From assembly GCA_002269645.1 (NCBI GenBank), contig NIVC01002712.1:83582-147581 (forward strand): a DNA stretch of 64,000 nt, written 5' to 3'. Position numbers and translations under genes: made by a program. The notes beneath the pieces were generated by a model that was given only the letters and a program-made list of their open reading frames with translations, did not search any database and had not been told where the DNA came from. Position 1 is the first letter of the stretch. Each line of letters opens with the position of its first letter. This DNA comes from Macrostomum lignano (taxonomy: Eukaryota). This document shows, piece by piece, positions 40,901 to 53,800 of this stretch.

Positions 40901-43900
40901 AAGTACATTTGATAGGAAAACTATATTCTGATAGAAAAAGTACATTTTGCTAGGAAAAGTACATTCTAAAAGGAAAAGTACATTTTGATAGGAAAAGTAA
41001 AACCTGATAGGAAAAGTACATTCTAAAAGGAAAAGTACATTCTGCTAACTACCAAAAGTACATAATTATCGAAGAAAGTACATTCCTCTTCAAGAAATCA
41101 ATATTTATGATATGAATAAAAAATCGTGACAATTAATAAACTGCTTCGAAAATCTTCAGAACCGCCAGTCATCAGCAGGTGGGTCAGCCGCGCCCTACTC
41201 AGACTTGAGTTCGACCTGGCTGAGCTCCTTGTACGCAGATTTTGAAGAGAAATTTGCCACCATGGCTCGGGTAGTGAAATTTGCATCAGCTTCATGCGAC
41301 AATCCGAAAGGTGAGAAATTCTGTTATGAAGCTGAGGTGATGAAGATTCAGTGAAGCTGAGGTGATGAAGATTCAGTGAAGCTGAGGTGATGAAGATTCA
41401 GTGAAGCTGAGGTGATGAAGATTCAGTGAAGCTGAGGTGATGAAGATTCAGTGAGGCTGAGGTGATGAAGATTCAGTGAAGCTGAGGTGATGAAGATTCA
41501 GTGAAGCTGAGGTGATGAAGATTCAGCGAAGTTGAGGTGATGAAGATTCAGTGAAGCTGAGGTGATGAAGATTCAGTGAAGCTGAGGTGATGAAGATTCA
41601 GCAAAGTTGAGGTGATGAAGATTCAGTGAAGCTGAGGTGATGAACATTCAGTGAAGCTGATGTGATGAAGATTCAGTGAAGCTGAGGTGATGAAGATTCA
41701 GTGAAGCTGAGGTGATGAAGATTCAGTAAAGCTGATGTGATGAAGATTCAGTGAAGCTGAGGTGATGAAGATTCAGTGAAGCTGAGGTGATGAAGATTCA
41801 GTGAAGCTGATGTGATGAAGATTCAGTGAAGCTGAGGTGATGAAGATTCAGTGAAGCTGAGGTGATGAAGATTCAGTGAAGCTGATGTGATGAAGATTCA
41901 GTGAAGCTGAGGTGATGAAGATTCAGTGACTATATGAAGCAGTGAACACATTATGCAAAAGTGACATGCTCAGGGGTCACGAGAATGGGCATGACTGCTC
42001 TCGCCATCAACATAGCTGGCCTCTCTCTCTCTTCAAAAAACTGAAATTCGGCAGACATCAAAGAGATCGCCAACGGAATGCGAGACTGCGAGAGGCTGCA
42101 TTCGGAAATCTCCGCTGCAATTTCGCCTCTGGCAGCTGGCAGATGGTCCTGGGGCCTCCAGCAGCAGCAGCAGCAGCAGCCTGAGTTTTTGGCCGACCTG
42201 CGCACGAGCTGGTCTCGAGCTGTCACTCACCTGACCTGCGTGCTGGATAGAGTGGTGGATCCCGAGCTTCTGCTGGAGATTAATGGTGAGAATTTCGGGG
42301 GGCTTCTGGTTTCTATACCGAACACAGATCACAGCATAGCAAACACGTAAAAACTAGATTTTATGCCTTAGCAACCATCAGATACACCCTAATAACTTAC
42401 CATACTAGCAACTGTAAATGATAGCAACCAACAATGACACCTTAGCAACCACTAATTACACCATAGCAACTACTGATGACACCTTACCAACCACAAATTA
42501 CAGATTAGCAACCACAAATGACGCCTCAGCAACCAAAAAATGACACCATAGCAATCACAAATGACACCTTAGTAACCACAAATTACAGCTTAGCAACCAA
42601 AAATGACGCCTTAGCAACCAAAAATGACGCCTTAGCAACCAAAAATGACACCTTAGCAACCACAAACTACGCCTTAGCAACCGATTCCCCCGCAGAGGAC
42701 GCCATCATCCGGGTGCAGGAGGCAATCACCAGCCACCCGCAGGACCGCACAGCCGCAATCGATTGCGTCATCCGAGGCGCCCTGATCGGCCGACGGTCCT
42801 GCGAGGCCGCTCATCGAATCCTCGAACGCCGGCTTCAGGGCCAGCTGCTGGTCCCAGCCCGGAATCTGGTCCGTCAGCTGCTGAGGTCAGCGAGCCTACT
42901 GCGCAATCTGCTACCGCAGTTCTTCACCGTTGGCGAAGTGCCAACCAGATGGCACGACGAGGCCCGGTTTCGAGTGGATCTGACTGTTAAATGTTTGCGC
43001 AATCTTCGAGCTGTAGCCGCGAGATGCGACAGCGAAGCGGGTCTGCTGCGGTTGTACAGGGAGCTCCGGCCTCAGCTGCAGCCGCTGCCGCTGGATGCCA
43101 CAGACGGCAGCGAGGAGGACAAAAATCCCTACTTGAGCTTGGCGTCATCTGCCGGGGCTCAGAGGTTCGTTTGGGCGTTCGATCTATGCGAGCTTTGTAA
43201 AGCTACATGAGTAGATCGTGAGTCTTTACAATTAGTAAGGAGATCGACCGCTGTGCCTATGAAATCTGCTGCTGATGATAAATAAGCTGAGAGAGGGATA
43301 GCGGGAGGAGGAGAGGGCAGAGAGGCAGAGAGGGTGGATGAAGGGAGAGAAGGAACAGAAGAGAGAGAGAGAGAGGAGAGGAGAAAGAGGAGAGAGAGGG
43401 AGAGAGAAGAGAGAGGAGAGGAGAGAGAATAGATGAGGAGAGAGAGGGAGAGAGAGGAGAGAGAAGAGAGAATAGAGAAGAGAGAGGAGAGAGAAGAGAG
43501 AGGAGAGGAGAGAGAGGAGAGAGAAGAGAGAGGAGAGGAGAGAGAGGAGAGAGAAGAGAGAGGAGAGGAGAGAGAGGAGAGAGAAGAGAGAGGAGAGGAG
43601 AGAGAGGAGAGAGAAGAGAGAGGAGAGGAGAGAGAGGAGAGAGAAGAGAGAGGAGAGGAGAGAGAGGAGAGAGAAGAGAGAGGAGAGGAGAGAGAGGAGA
43701 GAGAAGAGAGGAGAGAGGAGAGAGAAGAGAGAGAAGAGAGAGGAGAGGAGAGAGAGAATAGAGAGGAGAGGAGAGAGAGGAGAGAGAGGAGAGAGGAGAG
43801 AGGAGACAGATGAGAGAGAAGAGAGAGGAGAGAGGAGAGAGAGAAGAGAAAGAGAGGAGAGAGGGAGAGGATAGAGAGAGGAGAGTCAAGTGAAGAGGTG

Positions 43901-44615
43901 AATGCAAAGCATGCGCATCGGATATTCCAGAAAAGTTGAGACCGAGCTGCATTTCTATTGAGATCCAACCAGCTGTGATAAATCTACTCGCCTTTTTAAT
44001 CAATTGTTAAGTTAAATCAATCAGACTTTCCAATCCAAGTGTCACTCAGTCTCAACTCAACTGTTGTCCTTGATGGATTGCAGATTCGATCGCTCCCAGG
44101 AGCCCTACCAGCGGCTGCTGGGGCTGCGCGAAGCCGACGAGGATGAGGAGGAGGCGGCGCTGGCCTGCGGCAGGCTGCACCCCATAGCCCAGCGCCTGGT
44201 CTCCATAGCAACCAACCCGTCCCAATCTGCCGGCGAGGTTGCCATGGTAACCAACGACGTCTCGCAGCTGACGGCTTTCTACGCCGGCCTGTCGCGACAA
44301 CTGGCAGCCGCGGCTGGCGGCAGCGGCGGGAGATCGGCGGCTGTCGTGATGCCGACCGACGTGACGGAGCGGCTGCGGCAGCTGCAGGTCGCCACCGACG
44401 AGCTTAACAGCGACGCGGCTCGGCTGATCGGCGTCGCTACGGCCGCCGCGGGAAGCTCGACGGACGAACTGGAGCGGGCGGCGGCGAGGTGGAGCCTGCG
44501 AGCTGAATCGGCGACTGAACTGCTGAGGGGCGTCTGCGGACCGTGGCTGAGGCTGGCCGAGGAGTCCTGGGATGCCGAGGCTGGAGATGAAGACTGCGAT
44601 GAGGTTGGAGAGATG

Positions 44616-44658
<43 letters not shown>

Positions 44659-44659
44659 G

Positions 44660-44715
<56 letters not shown>

Positions 44716-44732
44716 CACAGACAGACAGGCAC

Positions 44733-44779
<47 letters not shown>

Positions 44780-47700
44780 CACAGACAGACAGACAGACAC
44801 ACAGACAGACAGACGGACAGACAGACACACAGACAGACAGACAGACGGACAGACAGACACACAGACAGGCAGACGGACAGACAGACACACAGACAGACAA
44901 CAATACCCGGTAGCTGGTACAGCGGGCTCATTCACTAAAATTTTATCATTGCAGTCGCTGGTTTCCCTGGCTCAACAGTTGGTTTCGACAGCATCAGAGC
45001 TCAAGGTCTGCAGTCAGATGGCGGAGCCTGGCCAAGCTCAGCTGCTGCTCACTCTTCGAGGCTATCAGCAGAGTCTGGATGCAGTTGTGAGCGCCATGCA
45101 ACGGCTGCGAGTGAGTGGCCAGCAGAGCTCTGATAATGGTGAGACTGGGATGAGCTTGGGGTGGTGGGGCTGCGACTGAAGGAGCCTTTGGAGTCTTGGG
45201 GGATCCGTGGTGTCAGGGTCTCAGGGAGGGTCTGTGATGTCAGGGAGGGTCTGTGATGTCAGGGAGGATCTGTGATGTCAGGGAGGATCTGTGATGTCAT
45301 TGAGGGTCTGTGATGTCAGGGAGGGTCTGTGATGTAAGGGAGGGTCTGTGATGTCAGGGAGGGTCTGTGGTGTCAGGGAGGGTCTGTGATGTAAGGGAGG
45401 GTCTGTGATGTCAGGGAGGGTCTGTGGTGTCAGGGAGGGTCTGTGATGTAAGGGAGGGTCTGTGATGTAAGGGAGGGTCTGTGATGTCAGGGAGGGTCTG
45501 TGATGTAAGGGAGGGTCTGTGTTGTCAGGGAGGGTCAGTGATGTCATGGAGGGTCTGTGATGTCAGGGAGGGTCTGTGATGTCAGGGAGGGTCTGTGATG
45601 TCAGGGAGGGTCTGTGATGTAAGGGAGGGTCTGTGTTGTCAGGGAGGGTCAGTGACGTCAGGGAGGGTCTGTGATGTCAGGGAGGGTCTGTGATGTCAGG
45701 GAGGGTCTGTGATGTCAGGGAGGGTCTGTGATGTCAGGGAGTGTCAGTGATGTCAGGGAGGGTCAGTGACGTCAGGGAGGGTCTGTGATGTCCTTGAGGG
45801 TCCGTGACGTCAGGGAGATTCTAACGTAGTGTCAGGGAGGGTCTGTGATGTCAGGCAGGGTCTGTGGTGTCAGGGAGGGCCTGTGGTGCCAGACCTGTGA
45901 CTCGCCCACAATCCGTGACCTTCAACGCAGACCGCACTTTGCACTCGTTGAACTTCTCTGTCTCCGCCTGGTGCCTGTCCGCCTGCATCTGCCGTCTGCT
46001 GGCTCGCCTGTTGCCACCCGCGCCAGCCGTGCAGCTCGCTCGCACTGTGGTCGCGGGTTCGAATCCATCCCCAGCCGAACTGCATCGTTGGTTACAAACG
46101 CTGACTCAGCTGATGGAATCGGAGGTGGCGACCGTGTCGGCTGCCGTGTCGCTGTCCGAGGACGGCCTGGGAGGCGACGCTCCAGCCGTGGCCGATTTGC
46201 GGGAGACAGCGGTGGCGCTGCGAAGCGACGACGCCAAACGACGTCTGAGAGACGCCGGCCTGGCTGCCGGCGATGCCGCCAAGACTGAAGTCGGCCGGCT
46301 GGCCTGCAGCCTGCGGTTCTGCGCGCTCACCTGCGTGCACCTGATGAGGGTGAGGCTTGGAGTTGGAAATTAAAGAGTTCTCAAGAAGTCGCCACCGGGG
46401 GACAGGGGGACATGTCCCCCCAGTAAAAGATATGGGGGGCATGCCAATGCTTTGTCCCCCCCACCCTACCTTGTGACCCGTTGTGGAAATCAATAATTAT
46501 GCTGCAGGGCGACAAAACATAGCACCTGCGGCGCCAAAATGAGTGCCTGCGGCGCTAAAATGAGTGCCTGCGGCGCTAAAATGAGTGCCTGCGGCGCTAA
46601 AATGAGTGCCTGCGGCGCTAAAATGAGTGCCTGTGGCGCTAAAATGAGTGCCTGTGGCGCTAAAATAAGTGCCTGCAGCGCTAAAATGAGTGCCTGCGGC
46701 GCTAAAATGAGTGCCTGCGGCGCTAAAATAAGTGCCTGTGGCGCTAAAATGAGTGCCTGCGGCGCTAAAATGAGTGCGTGCGGCGCTAAAATGAGTGCGT
46801 GCGGCGCTAAAATGAGTGCCTGCGGCGCTAAAATGAGTGCTGACAACACCGATTCTGAAAATAATGTACATATAGAATTCTTGTCTTTGTCCCCCACCAT
46901 AAAATCCATGGCGACGCCCCTGATTCTAATCGTCAGCATGTACAGTGGCTGTGCCTTAAGTGCTGTGGTCGTCAATATTGATGCCTTTATCGCTGAGCTG
47001 GTCTTAAATTCCACATCGTCTTTCATGCAATTTACTTTTATTTAAAGTTTTTAGCAGGACTTCATTACAGAAAGAGGCCATTCATCTTTCCTCGTCGCAA
47101 ATCCTCATCTGCAGACCCTGCACGCCCACCGCCGGTTGCACGCCCTGCTGTCTCCGGTCACCCACTGGCTTTCCGCCGCACTGGGCGCCGCCTGCGTGTC
47201 GCGCGACCCCATCCCGGTGCAAAAGTTGTTCGCCTCATTTGGCCCCGATGTGTCAGCATTTCTCACTGATTCATTGAACCACACCGAGCAGCAGCAGCAG
47301 CAGCAGGAGGTCCTGGACTCGAGTCTGCAAGCTCTGCACTCGGCAGGCTTGGAAATTGAAGCTTTTCGAGTTGCGCTGACGAAATGCGCGGAGGCGTCGG
47401 GACTCGAGGCCGAGGCCGGGACGGTCAGGGCGCTGATGCTGCAGAGCTGTCTGTGCTCTGCTGCAGTCTGGAAACTGATCTGGTCTGCGTCTGCTGATCG
47501 GGCATTTAAGAAAGGTACTTAAATACATAGTTTGTATTTATTTTATTTACTAAGAACACATGTTCGATTAATGACAATCAGTAACGGCGGTACCTCTAAC
47601 TGCTCTTTAATGTCTTAAAATAGTTTGATTAAATTTAATCTTTTTTCTAGTTCAAAATTTATTAAAGCCGGATAATATTTATTTTGTTTTAATTTGATTT

Positions 47701-49656
47701 TTACACGTCAGGTAAACGACTCGAAGGTTTAAAAATATAGGAAATTAAACAAAACATTTACGGGTCTTAAAAGTTTCTAGCAGAATTTCGGCACTTCATT
47801 ATAGAGTATTTTTATTGTACGATTATTACTAGTATTTACCATTTTAATTTTTTAACTGCAACTTCGCTTCCAGACCTGCAGGACTGGCTTGACAGCTACT
47901 TGAACTACGAGAATCGAACCCCGGACCAAGCCGCATTCCGCCGCCTGCTCACCCAGCTGCAGGACGAATTCCATCCAGCCGAGAAGTCCGAACCTCTGTC
48001 CGGGCCATATCGAGACGTGAGACGTCAAATCGAGCAGCGGATTCGAACCCGGGCCCTGGCCAATAGCCTGGCCGCTGATCGGGACAGACGGAGCCTGTTA
48101 AAAATCCCTATTGGGGAGAATTTCCCTTTGTCCCAGCAGGATCCGGCAGCTGCTAAAAGCTTTAACTTGGCGGCTCGAGTCCTCGAGCAGGAGGTGAACA
48201 AGTGGGCGGATCAGGAGAACTGGGCAGTCAAGATTGTCAGGGACATTGGCCTCCGGCTGGTGACCATGCTGAAGGGACTGCAGGACAAGGTGAGTGACTA
48301 CCTGTGCAGTTAAATATTGGACCTAGGCGTTTAAATAAAAAAACATTTTGTCATTTTTTCGTAGAACGCCGAGGACGCGACCGCTCAGGCGCTGTTTCGC
48401 GAATCCGAACTCATCGGTGACGGGGTGATTCGAATTGCCCGCTTTGCCGACATTGTGGCCCGCCTGTGCCCCAACAAAGAGTAAGTCGGGTAGGGTGGAT
48501 TGGCTTCCGACTAATTGACCACCATGATTCAATAACCCTCTGACCTACTAAGATTCACATCCACTTACTCAACGATCCACTAAACCCACTGACTCATTGA
48601 CTCACTGAGTTCCACACCTACTGACTCATTGACCCACTGAGTTGCACACCCACTGACTTAATGACTCATTGAGATTCACACTCACTGACTTAATGACTCA
48701 TTGAGATTCACACTCACTGACTTAATGACTCATTGAGATTCACACTCACTGACTTAATGACTCATTGAGATTCACACTCACTGACTTAATGACTCATTGA
48801 GATTCACACTCACTGACTTAATGACTCATTGAGATTCACACTCACTGACTTAATGACTCATTGAGATTCACACTCACTGACTTAATGACTCATTGAGATT
48901 CACACTCACTGACTTAATGACTCATTGAGATTCACACTCACTGACTTAATGACTCATTGAGATTCACACTCACTGACTTAATGACTCATTGAGATTCACA
49001 CTCACTGACTTAATGACTCACTGACTTATTGACCCACTGAGTTTCACACCAACTGACTCAATGACCCATAGAGTTTTAGACTCACTGACTCACTGACCCA
49101 CCAAGTTTCACACCCACGGACTCACTGACCCGCTGAGTCTCAGTCTCACACCCACTGACTCATTCACCTGCTGAGCCACTGACTAAGTGACCAAACAATG
49201 TCGCCCATCCCTCCTCGCAGAGCATCCGAAGATCTCCAACGCGCCTCCAAGTCGCTCGTGTTGCCATCCGTTCAACTATCAGTGCTCACCAAGACTCTCA
49301 ACTCAATGCGCGACCTGCGTAGAAAGCAGAGTCAGCTACTGTCAGTAGTTGAATCGCTCATGTCAGCCGCTGCTCAGCTGCTTCGCTGCGTGGAAGCCTG
49401 CAGCGTGGCTGGAATCGAACTACCTGACGACGAGCTCACGGCGATGGACTCGGAGGCGCGCCAGGCTGCTCTGCTGGCCACCTCTTGGTTGGCGAGGCTG
49501 CAGGCGCACCAGGCGGAGCTGGCGGCTCAGAAGGATCTCAGCGAACTGGGACTTCGTCGCGTTGGCACCCAGCGACAGGAAGGACAGGCCGAGACAGAGA
49601 CGGCGCCAAGCCTGGTGGATCTGCTCAGGATGGGGCGGGCAGTGGATTCTGAGTAG
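37330..49656 (+). CDS. Vinculin/alpha-catenin-family protein (alpha-catulin-like), multi-exon; 5' end not resolved
   Basis: Tail-domain sequence [23 protein letters not shown]...[15 protein letters not shown]|EASEDL...VQLSVLTKT resembles alpha-catenin EVAKWDDSGNDII...ADQCPD...QL. About 16 helical-looking exons with GT-AG borders (e.g. 47875-48289, 48365-48480, 49221-49656). Confidence 0.8.
37637..37981. repeat. (TCTA)n microsatellite, intronic
   Basis: Directly visible. Confidence 0.95.
38470..38770. repeat. 48-bp tandem array, intronic
   Basis: About 6 copies of GCCACAAGGTCAGTAGGGGATGCCATGAAGTGAATAGAAGGGAGGGAC. Confidence 0.92.
39352..39980. repeat. 16-bp tandem array (TTCATTCCCATCTCCC), intronic
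   Basis: About 39 copies. Confidence 0.92.
40782..41045. repeat. Tandem array of about 20 bp (GGAAAAGTACATTTTGCTA), intronic
   Basis: About 13 copies. Confidence 0.85.
41329..41930. repeat. 25-bp tandem array (GTGAAGCTGAGGTGATGAAGATTCA), intronic
   Basis: About 24 copies. Confidence 0.95.
42365..42685. repeat. Degenerate 21-bp array (TTAGCAACCAAAAATGACGCC), intronic
   Basis: About 14 degenerate copies. Confidence 0.8.
43285..43885. repeat. GA-rich tandem and low-complexity tract
   Basis: Directly visible. Confidence 0.9.
44615..44900. repeat. (GACA)n microsatellite, intronic
   Basis: Directly visible. Confidence 0.95.
45215..45880. repeat. 19-bp tandem array (GGGAGGGTCTGTGATGTCA), intronic
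   Basis: About 34 copies. Confidence 0.92.
46380..46923. mobile_element. Possible MITE carrying a 21-bp array (TGAGTGCCTGCGGCGCTAAAA, 46525-46840)
   Basis: The right end TGGCGACGCCCCTG has a degenerate inverted partner AAGTCGCCA at the left, with GGGGGACA/TGTCCCCC subterminal motifs. No TSD verified. Confidence 0.4.
48590..49185. repeat. 32-bp tandem array (ATGACTCATTGAGATTCACACTCACTGACTTA), intronic
   Basis: About 11 perfect copies with degenerate flanks. Confidence 0.93.
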
Positions 49657-50389
49657 TGTAGAAGTGTTGAGTAGCCAATATGTTCCTTCTATCGATAATT
49701 TCAAGACGGGTTAAAGCTTAGTTTATTATCTAAAAAACATTTCCATTCTGCTCTACTGCCAGTAGAAGTTATAATTAATTTACCTAGACTTTTTTACGAT
49801 TATAGATAAAATATTAGACAAAAAATATATTATACTACTACTTTTTAAGTCGCGGGTAAAAATAGTATGTGGAATATGACAGAATTGTATGTGGTATTGA
49901 GCCTCTTTGAATTTCAACTTCGCAATTCCATTGGCATCTTGGCTTGGATGCAATTTCATAAATGCTGCAATTACAACTCACGGTCTTGAGTTAGAATGTT
50001 AGAGTTCAACAAAGCTAGTTTTTTAACCGTTTTTTGACTTTAGAGTAAAGAAGAATAGAAGCAGACAGTTGAAAAATTGGAACTGAAACCATCGTTTAAA
50101 ATCTTCGGGAAAGTTGTAAAACAAATGCAGCAGTTTATTCATTCATCAACGCGCTTCGTTTATTTGATTTTCAGTGGCTTCACCTCCGACTATTCGAATC
50201 ACTTTTTAGCTCAATTAATCACATTTGTTTATTGTTTATCATATTTTTGCTCAGTATTTCACGGAAACAAACAGTTTTTTAGCTTTCCTGTGTTACAATT
50301 TAATTAAAAAAGCCGATGCTGTGCTGTTTCTTACGCTCGTATTTACTCGTATTTATTTACAGAAAACTTATGCTGACATTTTGATTGCT

Positions 50390-50452
50390 AGATAAATAGG
50401 TAGATAGATAAATAGATGAATAGGTAGATAGTTAGATAGATAGATAGATAGG

Positions 50453-50491
<39 letters not shown>

Positions 50492-50576
50492 GTAGATAGA
50501 TAGATAGATAAATAGATGAATTAGGTAGATAGTTAGATAGATAGATAGATAGATAGGTGGATAGGTAGATAGATAT

Positions 50577-50668
<92 letters not shown>

Positions 50669-50690
50669 GTGGATAGGTAGATAGACAATT
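50390..50690. repeat. (GATA)n microsatellite
   Basis: Directly visible. Confidence 0.95.
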
Positions 50691-50870
50691 GGATAAGTAG
50701 GTAAATTAATAGACAGATTATTTTCTAAGAAATATTAAAAGCGCAGCAAATCTTACCATAAGTAGATCGTGACCACCTTAATCTTTAAGATAAAATGCTT
50801 GAAAAGCGCCTCAAAACATCTTATGCTTCCAAAAAACTTTTGGCTGTCAAAAAGCAACACAAGGTGAAAG

Positions 50871-53800
50871 ATGTCGCTGAGCTCTCGGATCTGCGGCTTT
50901 ACGGCCTGGGTGAATCTCCGCCTGCAGCACAGCGATCTCATGCTCAGCAACGTGCTCATGGATCTCATGTCCGGCATGTACATGAGAAATCTGATCGAAT
51001 CTCTCACGGGCAGCGAGTTTAAAAACTTGGGCGACACCTTTGATCGCCTGACCCAGCAGCAGAAGGTCACCAGGTCCGAATGGGTCGTCAAGGAGCTCAA
51101 GCGATGGCGCATCGTACCAGACAGCTATCAGATGGACTTTAAACTGTTCGCCGCAAGAAATTCTGAGGAAGTGTTCGAACTGCTGTGGGAACTGGTTAGC
51201 CACGACATCTGGTTTCTGTGGGAGAGGATGGAGTTCCTCCAGCATCCAGAGGCTGCCGTGCTCACACAGTGCGTCTTTACGGTGAGTCACCAACATTGTT
51301 TTGGATTACTTTATTGTTGCTTTAGATTACTTATTCCTAATCTATCCCTCTCACTTATATAAAACTAGAGTTGACTGCCCCTCGTCCGCTTACATCATGG
51401 AGTTACAACATATTCGATCCAGATATATTTGGCTCAATCCTAACCCTATAACGTCCTATTAACCCTAAAGCTACGACTAATTGGTTTTCTGTAATTTCAA
51501 AGAGGTCAAATCCCAATTCATTCGATCAATTTCATCAAGTCTTTAAAAAGCCGATAGGCTACATGTAGGTGAAACTTCATATGGTCACTCTAAGTTAAAC
51601 CGGAGCAAATCGCCTGTAATCACAAACTGACATTTCAGTGGATCCCAGATCCAATTGACGTCACCAAGCAGAAGAAAAAGTTCAAAGTCACTAAGAACGT
51701 TCTTGGTGGTTTCGGCGCTTCGTCAATGAAGTCGCAGATGCTGAAAGAAGCCGGGGCCAATGCCGAGGTGAGCAGATGTTTGTCAGATATCCGAGTGTTA
51801 CATGTTATCTGTCAGACTTGTTAGACATTGAAAGTACAGAAAGCCAGGTGAATACGTTATGAGAATCGCCCCATAAATACCGATTTCTCAGGTTTCAGAC
51901 CAGCCAGACGACTACGAGCCGTTCCCGGGCTCCGAGCTGATGAAGAAGTACAAGTCCAGGGCTGCGCCGGGTGCGAAAATTCCAAAAGCGCTCGACTGCA
52001 TGTTTCAAATTGTGAAAGGCCATTTGCGAGTAAGCTAATGTATCTAATGTACCTAAGGAGTGTTATTACGTTTTATCAATTTGTTGATTTGTATATTACG
52101 CATTAAGTAGCGTACGATATCCTTTCTTTATCACGCAGATGACTCCAGAAGGTAGAGCTTTGCGACTTTGGGTAAGTACTGTTATAGCGTATGCTAGTGT
52201 AAGCTTTCATTAGTTTTTTATGGGCCGTTTTAATTTCATCACCTTTTTCATATACATTAGACATGTACCAATGTAGTACTGTACGACTGGGGAAAAGAAT
52301 TAAATAGCTAATAAGCATATAATTAGATGGTAAATAACAGAGAATGCTATAACAAGTATATAAAAAAATGAAAACTGTTTAATATTACTTCAGAGCCGTC
52401 AGAGGGGTCAGAGGCACTTTTACACATTTAAATCGTATTACAATACTAAAGAGGCTGGTAAAACTTGTTTTCGTACATAAGAGTATTTTACGTAATAATT
52501 TACGATTTTTTTTGCCTTTTAATGCGTTGAAATTTTCAGATTTCAGTATTGCAAAGTCCTTAAAAGGGGCATTTTAACTTTTTAAAGGGCATTCTGGGAC
52601 TATTGGCAGATGACGGATTATTTACAATCAGAAATTGCAATTGAACAGTAAAACTAATATTTCACAAAGTATTGGTTCACTTCCACAAAGAAAATATACA
52701 TAAAGATAATTTTCAACGCAAACTTTCTAGAAACTGGGCGACCTTGCCGACACTCGCGTAATCTGCGCTCTTGGTAACGCCCTGTTTCCTAATCAGTTCA
52801 ATTCTGAGGTGCTTCTCAATGACAGGTGCGTTCTAATGTTGTTTTACGAGTACCAACTTACAGAATAAAAAGAGTATAGTGGTATTAAACTGTATCGCAA
52901 TTTTTCCTTTACGTCTTTAATTGCAATAGCAGTTTTTGTTATTATCAATTAGATGGTCGCTCGATCTGGTGCTAGAAACAATGGAGAAAATCTTTCATTT
53001 TGAAGGCTGCTTCAAGGCAAAGAATCTCGTGGAGGTAAGTGCAATTAAGAACGCAAATTTTAATGGCTTTGTATGCAAAAAAATTAGCAAAAGTGGATGA
53101 AACTTTTCAGGGGGACAATCGAGCGATAGCCGCATATTTTTGCTGCTTCCTGATGGCCGCTTACAAATTCCGTCAGCAGCAAATGGTGGTGCTTCGTTTG
53201 GTAGGCGCTTTTTCTTTTTCCTACTTTTAGTAGATGCATAAGAAAATGCTAGCTGATTTTTCATATTCATACAATAATTTTTGTCAACACTAAATTTCAG
53301 GAGCAGCTGAAGGCTCAGACTAGAGACGCCTACACCGATATTGAGTTCTTGTGCGAGCAGGGACTCGGCGATTCTGTTGAGAAAGAGAAATTGGACAAAC
53401 TTATTCAAGCTTTTCAAGCTGGTAAACCTGCGGTCTACTTGAAAATGCGTTACTTTTTGGTTAAATTGCAGATTACACGAATATTTAAGGATTAAGATAT
53501 TAGGAGTTTTTAGGAGTTTATGAATTGATTAATTGGATAAAAATAACTAAGAAGTTAATTTGAACGCTTTGTATTCTAGTTAATGTGTAATTGAATTAGG
53601 GAGATAAGTGGGTTGGGATTAGAGGTTTGAAAATATGTAAGTGTTGGAGATCAGGGACCCAGGGAAATGGGAGATCAGGCAGTCTAGGATTGAGGCGGGT
53701 TGGGGATAATTGGAAATAAGATAGCTGGAAATCTGTGAGAACTTCAGGTCCGGGAATTTAGTATCAAATCAAGCATCGTCCAAAAAACTTTCCCAACTTT

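Noticed and set aside
44064-45179. 371-aa ORF with a TDRQ repeat domain
   Set aside because: It is two exons bridged by a stop-free (GACA)n intron.
46050-46075. tRNA/SINE B-box GGTTCGAATCC
   Set aside because: It lies within a coding exon, with no A-box or cloverleaf.
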